Shown piece by piece: positions 9,947 through 18,733 of a stretch of DNA of 64,000 nt (positions are counted from its first letter, which is position 1; every line of letters begins with the position of its first letter). The notes under the pieces were generated by a model that was given only the letters and a program-made list of their open reading frames with translations, made no database searches and had not been told where the DNA came from. The DNA is taken from positions 60,966-124,965 of the forward strand of contig JBBTYQ010000001.1 of NCBI GenBank assembly GCA_038078555.1, read 5' to 3'. The translations under genes were made by a program, and so were the position numbers. Source of the DNA: Patescibacteria group bacterium. Its GTDB lineage: Bacteria > Patescibacteriota > Minisyncoccia > UBA6257 > UBA9933.

Positions 9947-10699
9947 TTATTTCTTCTCGTGCAACTTTTTATCTATTTCCACCAATTTTTCTTCTCCCAC
10001 ATTTAATTGCTTATTGATGACTATTTGTTGGATAACAGAAAACACCGAGCTCGTCAACCAATAAAGTCCGATTGCCGAAGACAGATAAAACAAAAATACC
10101 AGCGTCATGCCCGGACCAATAAAGACCATTTGCCGGCTCATTTGCTCGGCCATAGTCATATCTTTAATGGGTTTCTTATTTTTAGACAAAGATAATTTCC
10201 CTTGAAAATATTGGGCTATCGCCGCCAAAACAACTATTACAGCATTGCGCTTGCTCAAATCAATTAAACCCAAAAAATAATGGTTAATCTCTTGGGGCGT
10301 TGGAACAAAATTATACAAAACAATAAAAGATTCCGTGTTTAATCCTTTTAAAAAAACCTGATAAAGCGCAAAAATTATCGGCAATTGAATTAATATTAGA
10401 GACAAAAATCCGGAAAACGGATTTACTTTGTGTTCCTTATAAAGATCCATCATTGCTTTTGCCTGCTTTGCCTTATCATTTTTATGACTCTCCTGAATTT
10501 CTTTCATTTTAGGCGCCAAGCGCTGAATAATTGACTGGTCTTTGGCGCTCTTATAAAACAAGGGCAGAAGTATCAGCCTTATTAAAATCGTTAAAATAAT
10601 TATAGCTATTCCAAAATCGCTGAAAGAAAAATAATCATATAACAAAATAAGGGCGTTAAATAGCGGCCGATAAAAAATTTCATTGAATATTGCAATCAT
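9947..10699 (-). CDS. yidC: membrane protein insertase YidC/Oxa1
   Basis: FGIAIIILTILIRLILLP, LYKEHKVNPFSG, IQLPI, LYWLTS; rnpA-yidC-jag synteny. Confidence 0.95.
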   Translation of the reverse strand: MIAIFNEIFYRPLFNALILLYDYFSFSDFGIAIIILTILIRLILLPLFYKSAKDQSIIQRLAPKMKEIQESHKNDKAKQAKAMMDLYKEHKVNPFSGFLSLILIQLPIIFALYQVFLKGLNTESFIVLYNFVPTPQEINHYFLGLIDLSKRNAVIVVLAAIAQYFQGKLSLSKNKKPIKDMTMAEQMSRQMVFIGPGMTLVFLFYLSSAIGLYWLTSSVFSVIQQIVINKQLNVGEEKLVEIDKKLHEKK

Positions 10700-10717
10700 A
10701 AAGTTAATAGTTATCTC

Positions 10718-11056
10718 TTAGTAATTAATGGTTAATATTTTTTTTAATTCTTTCTCAATATCTTCTTTTTTTAATTTATCGGATTTTGTCAAAACTGTTA
10801 TTAAAATATCTCTTCCTGATAATTCATGATATTTATTAAGTCGAATAAAATTAAAAATGATTCTTTTTATTCTGTTCCGCCTGACTGCCGCCTTACTGAC
10901 TTGTTTGCTGATAATTAAGCCGTACCGGGAAAATGATAAATTATTGGCCGCCGTCTTTATAATAAAAAATTCGCTTTTGCGAATATTTATTTTTTTTCTC
11001 TCTTTAAGCCAGTCCTGAATTGGAATCCGGTATTTTTTTGCAAGCATATTTTTCAC
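10718..11056 (-). CDS. rnpA: ribonuclease P protein component
   Basis: RYGLIISKQVSKAAVRRNRIKR (RNR motif); ATG at 11047 is the likely start. Confidence 0.93.
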   Translation of the reverse strand: MKNMLAKKYRIPIQDWLKERKKINIRKSEFFIIKTAANNLSFSRYGLIISKQVSKAAVRRNRIKRIIFNFIRLNKYHELSGRDILITVLTKSDKLKKEDIEKELKKILTINY

Positions 11057-11159
11057 AAATAATGCAAATTTATTTATATTGCCATTACTTGCTGTTAATT
11101 CGCATTATGGTTCTGCAGGCGCATTATCCTAAGCTACTTCGAAGGATTTGCGATGACTC

Positions 11160-11294
11160 TTACGTACTGAGTTTTTTCCTTCCCTTTCTCCTTCTTCTTC
11201 GCAAAACATTTCTGCCGCCCGGCGTTCTTGAACGCTTTAAAAATCCGTGCACTCTTTTCCTTTTTTTCTTTTTCGGCTGGTAGGTTACCGACAT
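11160..11294 (-). CDS. rpmH: 50S ribosomal protein L34 (absent from ORF track)
   Basis: Manual translation [44 protein letters not shown]; upstream of rnpA. Confidence 0.96.
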   Translation of the reverse strand: MSVTYQPKKKKRKRVHGFLKRSRTPGGRNVLRRRRRKGRKKLST

Positions 11295-11372
11295 AATTTA
11301 AATAATAGCAGGAATCGGAATAAAAACAAGTCTTGCTTTATTAATTAAATATGTTATCATATATAAATACCT

Positions 11373-11663
11373 ATGGATCTCAACCGGCCTATCGGAATTA
11401 AAAAAAATAATTTTGGTCTTACATCTCTTATAGGCGGAATTGTGGTTTTCTTTTTTGGCGGCAGTGGTTTATTGGCTTATATCGTTATACCACTTACTAT
11501 CACTACCGCAATCCTTTCTTTTAAAAAAGAAAGTGATGATGCGCGCAGTAAAAAAATGGCCATTGGAGGCGTTATTATCGCAATAATCGCGATTATTCTT
11601 TCCTTTATTTTCAACTGGAACGGCCTAATATACGAATTCCTGTTGGAAAATTATCTGTCTTAA
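11373..11663 (+). CDS. small membrane protein (DUF4190-like); strand is + (track label wrong)
   Basis: ATGGATCTCAAC reads MDLN on + at 11373, TAA at 11661; hydrophobic segments, AIGGVIIAII. Confidence 0.7.
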   Translation: MDLNRPIGIKKNNFGLTSLIGGIVVFFFGGSGLLAYIVIPLTITTAILSFKKESDDARSKKMAIGGVIIAIIAIILSFIFNWNGLIYEFLLENYLS

Positions 11664-11763
11664 TTTAGATAATTTTTAATAGCTTATGGTTGACTTGCGC
11701 TTTTTCAGGTTAAAAACTTTAAAATGCGGTCTCTCAAGGATTTTTTTGTACGCTTTGTTTATA

Positions 11764-11792
11764 TTGACAAAAAAGTAAATTTGCGATATAAT
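11764..11792 (+). promoter_or_regulatory. consensus sigma70 promoter
   Basis: TTGACA-17 nt-TATAAT. Confidence 0.75.
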
Positions 11793-11841
11793 TAATAAAG
11801 CTAAAAACTTGAAAACTTAATAACTTGTCGAGGGAGGTTAT

Positions 11842-12309
11842 ATGAAAACGCTGAAAGCAACTCTTTTTTTCCTCTTCTCCGCTTTCTTGCTTGGCTGCGC
11901 GCCTTATGATCAGTTGATTGTCCGGCCGGACATTTATGTTTCCGGCGACTTTAGAGGACCGCGCAGTCCCTACTCGAACTTTTATGACTACGGATTATAT
12001 TTCCCGTATGTCACGATTGTTCCGGTAAACGGAACGCCTTTTGAACTGGAAATATTCATCAACGGCAAACGAGCTGATATTTCGCTTGAAGGCAGCGTTA
12101 AGACAAAACGGATTCCGCCCGGAATGCCGGCTCAAATAAAGGCTTTTGTTGATTACCGCGTCAGCCGTCAGTTATCGGTAGTTGCCGTGGCTTACAAAAG
12201 CAATAAAGTTGTCGGCTCGGCAAACAGAGTGTTTTATTTTTACGGCCATGCCAACGCCGAACAAGTTGAGGACTGGCCGATACGCATCTGGGATCTCCGT
12301 GACCCGTGA
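11842..12309 (+). CDS. orphan lipoprotein
   Basis: GGGAGG SD; lipobox LLGC; own promoter and terminator. Confidence 0.75.
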   Translation: MKTLKATLFFLFSAFLLGCAPYDQLIVRPDIYVSGDFRGPRSPYSNFYDYGLYFPYVTIVPVNGTPFELEIFINGKRADISLEGSVKTKRIPPGMPAQIKAFVDYRVSRQLSVVAVAYKSNKVVGSANRVFYFYGHANAEQVEDWPIRIWDLRDP

Positions 12310-12336
12310 CCCTTGAAAATCTGCTCTTTATTCTTT

Positions 12337-12366
12337 GCCCGCATCGCCAAAAGGTGCGGGTTTTTA
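12337..12366 (+). terminator. intrinsic terminator
   Basis: GCCCGCATC-GCCAAAA-GGTGCGGG followed by TTTTT. Confidence 0.7.
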
Positions 12367-12373
12367 TTACTCG

Positions 12374-12415
12374 CTAATCACTATTTACTATTCACTGATC
12401 CCTGATTACTATTTA
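12374..12415 (+). repeat. degenerate heptamer tandem repeat
   Basis: CTAATCA CTATTTA CTATTCA CTGATCC CTGATTA CTATTTA. Confidence 0.7.
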
Positions 12416-12425
12416 AAATAATAAT

Positions 12426-12953
12426 ATGTCCGGACATTCCAAGTGGTCTCAAATAAAACACCAAAAAGGCACAGCTGACCAGAAGCGCGGCGCTTTATTT
12501 TCTAAATTATTAAGCGCGATTTCTGTTGCCGCAAAAACCGAATCAAATCCTCAATTTAATCCTCGCCTGCGAACCGCCATTGAAAAAGCCAAGGAGAATA
12601 ACGTGCCTCAAGACAAAATAGAATCAGCCGTAAAACGCGCCCTTCAGGCCGCTGACAATATTGAAGAATTGCTTATTGAAGCCTATGGACCTGAAGGCGT
12701 CGCTATTTTAATTGAAGCAACAACCGATAGCCGCAACCGCTCAATTGCTGAAATCAAAAAAATATTAAGCGACAGCAATGCTAAGCTCGCTGAACCCGGA
12801 AGCGTTTTGTGGACTTTTGAAAAACAAGATGGCGCTTGGCTTGCCAAATTTAATCAGGAAATATCCGAAAGCGGCAAAACACAATTACAAAAACTTATTG
12901 AAAAACTAGAAGAACATAGCGATATTCAAAAAATTATAACCAACAGCCAATAA
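12426..12953 (+). CDS. yebC: YebC/PmpR family protein (short form)
   Basis: MSGHSKWSQIKHQKG, NPRLR, EAYGPEGVAILIEATTDSRNR; precedes ruvC. Confidence 0.93.
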   Translation: MSGHSKWSQIKHQKGTADQKRGALFSKLLSAISVAAKTESNPQFNPRLRTAIEKAKENNVPQDKIESAVKRALQAADNIEELLIEAYGPEGVAILIEATTDSRNRSIAEIKKILSDSNAKLAEPGSVLWTFEKQDGAWLAKFNQEISESGKTQLQKLIEKLEEHSDIQKIITNSQ

Positions 12954-12988
12954 TCACTCAATAATCATTATTACCAGTTGTTAATTAT

Positions 12989-13471
12989 ATGTTAATCCTT
13001 GGTATTGATCCTGGCTCAACTCGCACGGGCTACGGAATTATAAAAAAAGACGGAAATAATTTAAGGCTTATCAAGAGCGGTTTATTAAAAATTTCCTCCA
13101 AAGACAAACAGCAAAGATTGGTTGAGCTGGCTCAATCTTTTTCCGGTCTAATCAAAAAACAAAAGCCCCAATTAATTGCCATAGAAAAACTTTTCTTTAT
13201 GAAAAATATTAAAACTGCCCTTGATGTGGCTCAAAGCCGGGGGGTCTTGACATTAATAGCTCTTGAGCACAAAATACCGTTATTGGAATATTCGCCGTCA
13301 GAAATAAAAGCAGCTGCCACGGGATACGGCTTGGCCGATAAAAAAGCAGTGGCAAAAATGGTTGCGATAATTTTAAAAGTTGATAAAATAAACAAAATTG
13401 ACGATGTCACCGACGCTCTGGCTACGGCAATTACTGCGGCTAATAATTTAAACAAAAATAATTTTCTTTAA
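12989..13471 (+). CDS. ruvC: Holliday junction resolvase RuvC
   Basis: ILGIDPGSTRTGYG, IEKLFF, TGYGLADK, DDVTDALA. Confidence 0.95.
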   Translation: MLILGIDPGSTRTGYGIIKKDGNNLRLIKSGLLKISSKDKQQRLVELAQSFSGLIKKQKPQLIAIEKLFFMKNIKTALDVAQSRGVLTLIALEHKIPLLEYSPSEIKAAATGYGLADKKAVAKMVAIILKVDKINKIDDVTDALATAITAANNLNKNNFL

Positions 13472-13504
13472 AAATTTAAAAGGTCGTTTATTATTTATAA
13501 AAAA

Positions 13505-13705
13505 ATGTCTATCACCGAATTAAAAATCACCAAACTGACCAACTACGCAGAAGACGAAGAAGAAGGAGAAAGTAAATCCAGCGAAGAGCCTTGTGAAGAA
13601 TGCGGGGAAAAATTAAATGAATACGGCGCCTGTCCCAATTGCGAACCGGAAGAAGGAATTTTGGAAGATAAGCCCGGCGAAGCAGGAGAAGAAAATATCG
13701 AATAA
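13505..13705 (+). CDS. small acidic zinc-ribbon protein
   Basis: CEECG...CPNC within Glu-rich sequence; followed by a terminator. Confidence 0.6.
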   Translation: MSITELKITKLTNYAEDEEEGESKSSEEPCEECGEKLNEYGACPNCEPEEGILEDKPGEAGEENIE

Positions 13706-13709
13706 AATT

Positions 13710-13733
13710 AAAAACCCCCGCAAGGGGGTTTTT
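13710..13733 (+). terminator. intrinsic terminator
   Basis: AAAAACCCCC-GCAA-GGGGGTTTTT. Confidence 0.8.
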
Positions 13734-13782
13734 AATTGAAATTTCGCTGTTTTTTATATTATAATTTAAACTAATTATTAAC

Positions 13783-15906
13783 ATGTCTTTATTTAATAAA
13801 AAAACCTGGCTCTGGCTGAAAATAATAGGCGTTTTTTTTCTATTTATTTTTATTTTAGCGCTTATTGGACTAGCCAAACTTGCTAAAATTACCAAAGAGC
13901 TTCCTGACCCGACTCAATTCGGCAGCCATCAAGTCGCTCAATCAAGTAAAATCTACGACCGCACCGGAGAAGTTCTTCTTTATGAAATTTTTGGAGAAGA
14001 AAAAAGAACGATTATTGCAAGCGACCAAATTCCTGATTATGTAAAAAAATCTGTTATAGCTATCGAAGACCAAGGTTTTTATACTCATCAAGCTTATGAC
14101 TTGCGCGCTATTATTCGTGCTTTTGCGGCAAATATCATAAAAGGCCGCGTTAGCCAAGGCGGCTCCACTATTACTCAACAATTAGCTAAAAACGCTTTTT
14201 TGTCTTCAGAGCAGACGGTGGAAAGAAAAATAAAGGAATTAATTTTAGCCTATTGGATGGAAAAAAATTATTCCAAAGATGAAATTTTAACTCTTTATCT
14301 TAATACTATCCCTTATGGCTCTAATGCTTATGGAATAGAAGCCGCTTCCCAGATTTTTTTCGGGCATCCAGCCAAAGAACTTTCTTTAGCTGAAGCTGCC
14401 TTACTGGTCAGCTTGCCGAAAGCTCCCACTTATTATTCTCCTTGGGGCAGCCACACGGATGAATTGCTTCACAGAAAAAATTATGTTTTAGAACAAATGT
14501 TTAAACTCGGTTTTATCGACCAAGAAGAGCTGGAACGGGCAAAAAGTTATCCGCTTGAGTTTAGCAGCCAAAACCTTGGTTCGATTAAAGCGCCGCATTT
14601 TGTAATAATGGTAAAAGATTACCTGGCTAATAAATACGGCGAAGACGCATTAAAAGCAGGTGGTTTAAAAATTATTACAACGCTTAATTGGGACTACCAA
14701 CAAATTGCGGAGCGTGTAGTTTCTGAAGGCGCCTCTCGAAACGAAAATTTATACAAAGGAAAAAATGCGGCGCTTGTTGCTCAAGACCCAAAAACCGGAG
14801 AGGTTCTTGCTTTGGTTGGATCTCGCGATTATTTTGACACAAAAAACGAAGGCAATTTTAATGTTGCAGCCAACGGCCTCAGGCAACCGGGCTCTTCTTT
14901 TAAACCGTTTGCTTATATTACCGCTTTTCAAAAAGGCTTATCTCCGGAAACAATTGTTTTTGATTTGCCGACCGAATTTGTTCCCAATAACCCGAGCTGT
15001 CCGATTGCTGTAGATTTTTTAAATGATCTTAAGGATTGTTATCATCCGGAAAATTTTGATAAAAACTTCAAGGGTCCGATTAACTTAAGAAATGCGCTGG
15101 CCCAATCAATCAATATTCCCGCTGTTAAAACTCTTTATCTCGCTGGAATTCCCGAAACCATAAAAACCGCTCAGGATTTTGGCATCACTACATTAAATAA
15201 TCCGTCGCGTTATGGTCTGTCGCTGGTTTTGGGCGGCGGAGAAGTTAAACTGCTGGATTTAGTCGGCGCTTATTCTGTTTTTTCTCAAAATGGCGTAAAG
15301 CACAATCAAAAAATAGTACTGAAAGTTGAAAATCAAAACGGAAAAATCTTAGAATCGGCTTCTAATCAGGCAACTCAAGTAATTGAATCTTATTATGCGG
15401 AACTTATAAACGATATCCTCTCCGACGAAGAAGCCAGGAGACCTCTTTATCAAAATAGCTTTTATTTAACTTCTTTTGACGACCGGCAAGTTGCTTTAAA
15501 AACCGGCACAACCAACGACTACCGGGATGCTTGGACGATTGGCTACGCGCCATACCTGGTAGTTGGCGTCTGGGCCGGCAACAACCACCAAGAACCGATG
15601 CAAAAACAAGCTGGCAGTATTTTAGCCGCTTTGCCGATTTGGAATGATTTTATGAAAAAAACTTTGTTAAATTATCCAAACGAGGTTTTTTCTAAACCCA
15701 TAGCTAAGGAGTCCCCTCTTCCCAACAAAACCATGCTTAACGGCCAATATATATCCCCAGAAGGACAAATTCACGATATTCTTTACTATATCAACAAAAA
15801 CGATTTGTTTTCCTTGTCCTTTTTTAATCCGGAAGCTGACCCTCAATTTAAAAATTGGGAAGCCCCGGTTCAATTGTGGATCGAGCAAAATGTTTTAAAA
15901 AAATAA
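13783..15906 (+). CDS. class A penicillin-binding protein (transglycosylase/transpeptidase, PBP1A family)
   Basis: AIEDQGF, QGGSTITQQLAKN, RKIKE, RQPGSSFKP, SIN, KTGT. Confidence 0.95.
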   Translation: MSLFNKKTWLWLKIIGVFFLFIFILALIGLAKLAKITKELPDPTQFGSHQVAQSSKIYDRTGEVLLYEIFGEEKRTIIASDQIPDYVKKSVIAIEDQGFYTHQAYDLRAIIRAFAANIIKGRVSQGGSTITQQLAKNAFLSSEQTVERKIKELILAYWMEKNYSKDEILTLYLNTIPYGSNAYGIEAASQIFFGHPAKELSLAEAALLVSLPKAPTYYSPWGSHTDELLHRKNYVLEQMFKLGFIDQEELERAKSYPLEFSSQNLGSIKAPHFVIMVKDYLANKYGEDALKAGGLKIITTLNWDYQQIAERVVSEGASRNENLYKGKNAALVAQDPKTGEVLALVGSRDYFDTKNEGNFNVAANGLRQPGSSFKPFAYITAFQKGLSPETIVFDLPTEFVPNNPSCPIAVDFLNDLKDCYHPENFDKNFKGPINLRNALAQSINIPAVKTLYLAGIPETIKTAQDFGITTLNNPSRYGLSLVLGGGEVKLLDLVGAYSVFSQNGVKHNQKIVLKVENQNGKILESASNQATQVIESYYAELINDILSDEEARRPLYQNSFYLTSFDDRQVALKTGTTNDYRDAWTIGYAPYLVVGVWAGNNHQEPMQKQAGSILAALPIWNDFMKKTLLNYPNEVFSKPIAKESPLPNKTMLNGQYISPEGQIHDILYYINKNDLFSLSFFNPEADPQFKNWEAPVQLWIEQNVLKK

Positions 15907-15914
15907 CAGTATTA

Positions 15915-17030
15915 TTACTGGTTTTTAATTGGCATTAAAACATAAAACCAAGACTCGTCTTCGTTTGATCTAATAAGAGCTGGCTTGTTGGAACTGTTTA
16001 AGCCGAGAAAAATATTTTCTGATTTTATATTTTTTAATCCATCCAAAACAAATCGCCAATTAAAAACCGCCTCCATTGTCGCGCCGTTTATTTTTGCGGG
16101 TATTAAGTATTTATTTTCTCCAATAATTTGACTAAAAGAAAAAACCTCTATGCTTTTATTGCTTTCTTTTGTTATTATTTTTACCTCACTTAGTCTCTCC
16201 GCGAATATTCCGGCCAACTTAACCGCATTGATCAATTCTTCTTTGTTTATTATCACTTCGGTTTCGTAATTTTTTGGGATAATTTGCGTATATTCAGGAA
16301 ATTCGCCATTTATTAATCTTGAAATTATTTCTGTTTTTTCTGTTTTAAAAAGTATTTGATTTTGATCTAGGAAGATTGTTGTTTTTTCTTCGTCGTTGTT
16401 TTGCAATTCTTTTATTACCTCTTGAACTGCTTTTGATGGGATTATTATTTTGAATGGTTTATTAAAATTTGTATTGAATTGATTATTGTTGATTGTTTTT
16501 TCTGATAATCTAAAGCTGTCGGTTGTTACTATTTTTAGTGAATTTATTTGAAAATCAAATAAAACGCCGTTTAATTCTGGTTTGTTTTCAGCGGCAGTTG
16601 AATTAATAACAGAAGCCAGGGCGTCTCTTAAAATAAAATTTTTAATTTCTAAATGATTTTGCGTATTGGTAATTTGGGGAATAATCGGAAACTCTTCTTT
16701 TTTGGTGCCGTTTATTTCTGCTTGATAATTATCGGTTTTTATTAGTAATTTATTATTAATAATTTCTAGGGTTATTCTTTCGGTTTGAATATTATTAATA
16801 ATCGCTGAAAAAATATTTAAGGGAATTGTTAGTTCGCCGGTATTAATAATTTTTCCCGTTACAAAACTTGTTACTGCTAATTCCAGGTCGGTTGCTGATA
16901 ATTTTATTTTATTATCTTGAGTTTCTATTAAAAAATTTTTAAGTATCGGCAAACTAGAATTAGCCACGCTGATTCTTTCCAAAGATTTAATTCCTTCTTT
17001 TAAATTATTTTTTAAAATAATTAGATTCAT
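15915..17030 (-). CDS. dnaN: DNA polymerase III beta sliding clamp
   Basis: ATDLELA, TDSFRLSE, SRLINGEFPEY, YVLMPI; downstream of dnaA. Confidence 0.96.
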   Translation of the reverse strand: MNLIILKNNLKEGIKSLERISVANSSLPILKNFLIETQDNKIKLSATDLELAVTSFVTGKIINTGELTIPLNIFSAIINNIQTERITLEIINNKLLIKTDNYQAEINGTKKEEFPIIPQITNTQNHLEIKNFILRDALASVINSTAAENKPELNGVLFDFQINSLKIVTTDSFRLSEKTINNNQFNTNFNKPFKIIIPSKAVQEVIKELQNNDEEKTTIFLDQNQILFKTEKTEIISRLINGEFPEYTQIIPKNYETEVIINKEELINAVKLAGIFAERLSEVKIITKESNKSIEVFSFSQIIGENKYLIPAKINGATMEAVFNWRFVLDGLKNIKSENIFLGLNSSNKPALIRSNEDESWFYVLMPIKNQ

Positions 17031-17044
17031 AGCAATTTTGTTTA

Positions 17045-17195
17045 TACTATTATTACTATTACTATTATTAATATATTAATATAGTAGCAGTAGTAGGGGG
17101 TTGTTAATTTGTGGACAAACGCATTTTCCCTTTATTTAAATAGATTTTTTAATAGAAATTATTTAATTACCTGGGGAAAAGCAGTGGATTTATTT
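17045..17195. other. oriC: oriC unwinding region: DnaA-trios, G-run and DnaA boxes
   Basis: TAGTAGCAGTAGTAG-GGGG-TTGTTAATT-TGTGGACAA in the dnaA-dnaN spacer, matching the Bacillus-type basal unwinding system; AT-rich flank. Confidence 0.8.
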
Positions 17196-18551
17196 CTAAA
17201 CACTTTCGTAAATATTTTCTTTAATTAATAAAATTTTTTGATTTAAATCGTGATTCTTGTTGATTTCCCTGGATATTTTTTCAAAAGAATGAATTGCTGT
17301 TGTGTGGTCCCTTTTCCCTATCTTATCCCCAATGTCAGGGTAAGACATCCTCAGGATATCCCGAAGCAAAAACACCGCAACTTGCCTTGGTTCAATAACT
17401 CTTTTTCTTCTTGAATGGTTGCTTATTTCTTCCGGAAGAATTTCAAAAAAAGCAGCAACCGCCTTAATTACTTGGTCAGAAGAAATTTTCTTAGTTGATT
17501 GCTGAAGAGTGTTATTAATGATTTCTTCTATCATTTTAGGCTGGAGCTCTATATTTTTAACTTCTTGGTAAAATATTATTTTATTTATAATACCCTCAAC
17601 CTCTCTGATGTTTCTTTGGACTTTTGAGGCGATGATTGAGCATAAATTATCCGGCAACACTTTTTTCATCTCCTGAAGCTTTGTTTTTATGATTGCCATG
17701 CGCATTTCATAATCAGGATAAGTAATATCAGCCGCCATGCCTCCCTCAAAGCGCGATCGGAGCCTTTCGTGGAGCGTAGGAATGGCTGACGGCGGGCGAT
17801 CCGAAGAAATAATTATTTGCTTATTGTTTTCATAAAGAACATTGAATGTGTGGAAAAATTCTTCTTCGCTTCGCTCCTTGCCGCCGATAAATTGAATATC
17901 GTCAATTATTAAAACATCAACATTACGGTAAATATTTTTTATATCATCCATTCTTTTATTACGGATCGCCGAAACTACTTCGTTGACAAATTTTTCTGAA
18001 TGAACATATTTAACTCTCACTTTATTTTTATGAGTTTTTTTTATTTCGTTGCCGATGGCCTGGATAAGATGTGTTTTACCAAGCCCTGTTCCGCCGTAAA
18101 TGAAAAAAGGATTATATTTTTTTCCGGGGTTTTTAATAATAGCCAATGACGCGGCATAGGCCAGTTCGTTTGACGAGCCGACGACAAAAGATTCTAAATT
18201 ATATTTCGGATGAAGGCCGGACTCCGGATCTATTTTAAATTCCGGAAAAACCAACTGCTTTTCTGTTTCATTTTCTTGGATAGTTTTAAACAGATCAGCT
18301 TTTTCGTTAAGAATGGCATATTCTATTTTTTTTATCGAAGGGTCGTGAGACCTAAGAGATTCAAAAATAATTTTATGGTACTTATTGGCCACCCATTCTT
18401 TGGCAAAATTATTGGATAAGCCGATAGAAACGCATCCCTCATCTGTTTTTTTGAGCAAACGGCTGTTTTTCATCCAAGTAAGGAAATTAGGCCGCGATAT
18501 TTGAATTTCTATTTCCGCTAAAGCGGTTTGCCAAAGCTGTTCAATGTCCAT
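17196..18551 (-). CDS. dnaA: chromosomal replication initiator DnaA
   Basis: YNPFFIYGGTGLGKTHL, LIIDDIQF, RLRSRFEGG, NIREVEG, RDHTTAIH. Confidence 0.98.
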   Translation of the reverse strand: MDIEQLWQTALAEIEIQISRPNFLTWMKNSRLLKKTDEGCVSIGLSNNFAKEWVANKYHKIIFESLRSHDPSIKKIEYAILNEKADLFKTIQENETEKQLVFPEFKIDPESGLHPKYNLESFVVGSSNELAYAASLAIIKNPGKKYNPFFIYGGTGLGKTHLIQAIGNEIKKTHKNKVRVKYVHSEKFVNEVVSAIRNKRMDDIKNIYRNVDVLIIDDIQFIGGKERSEEEFFHTFNVLYENNKQIIISSDRPPSAIPTLHERLRSRFEGGMAADITYPDYEMRMAIIKTKLQEMKKVLPDNLCSIIASKVQRNIREVEGIINKIIFYQEVKNIELQPKMIEEIINNTLQQSTKKISSDQVIKAVAAFFEILPEEISNHSRRKRVIEPRQVAVFLLRDILRMSYPDIGDKIGKRDHTTAIHSFEKISREINKNHDLNQKILLIKENIYESV

Positions 18552-18639
18552 AAATAAAAATAATATTAAATATAAGCAAAATTAATAATTCTAATTGTTA
18601 TCCTATTTCAGTTTCCTGATTTAAGAAATAGCAAAAAAA

Positions 18640-18700
18640 CGATAAATGTGGATTACTTGTGGAAAACTATTATTAACCGCATTTCCTCTGGACAAACCAA
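18640..18700. promoter_or_regulatory. DnaA-box cluster upstream of dnaA (second part of a bipartite origin)
   Basis: TGTGGATTA, TGTGGAAAA and TCTGGACAA near-consensus boxes. Confidence 0.6.
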
Positions 18701-18733
18701 TCGCTTTTTTATTTTATTTTTCGTTATGCTATT

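Noticed and set aside
11373-11663. ORF track lists this gene on the minus strand
   Set aside because: The listed protein (MDLNRP...) reads directly from the + strand ATG at 11373; the label is wrong.
12426-12953. Short YebC as a pseudogene
   Set aside because: The frame is intact with conserved N- and C-terminal motifs; it looks like an internal domain reduction.
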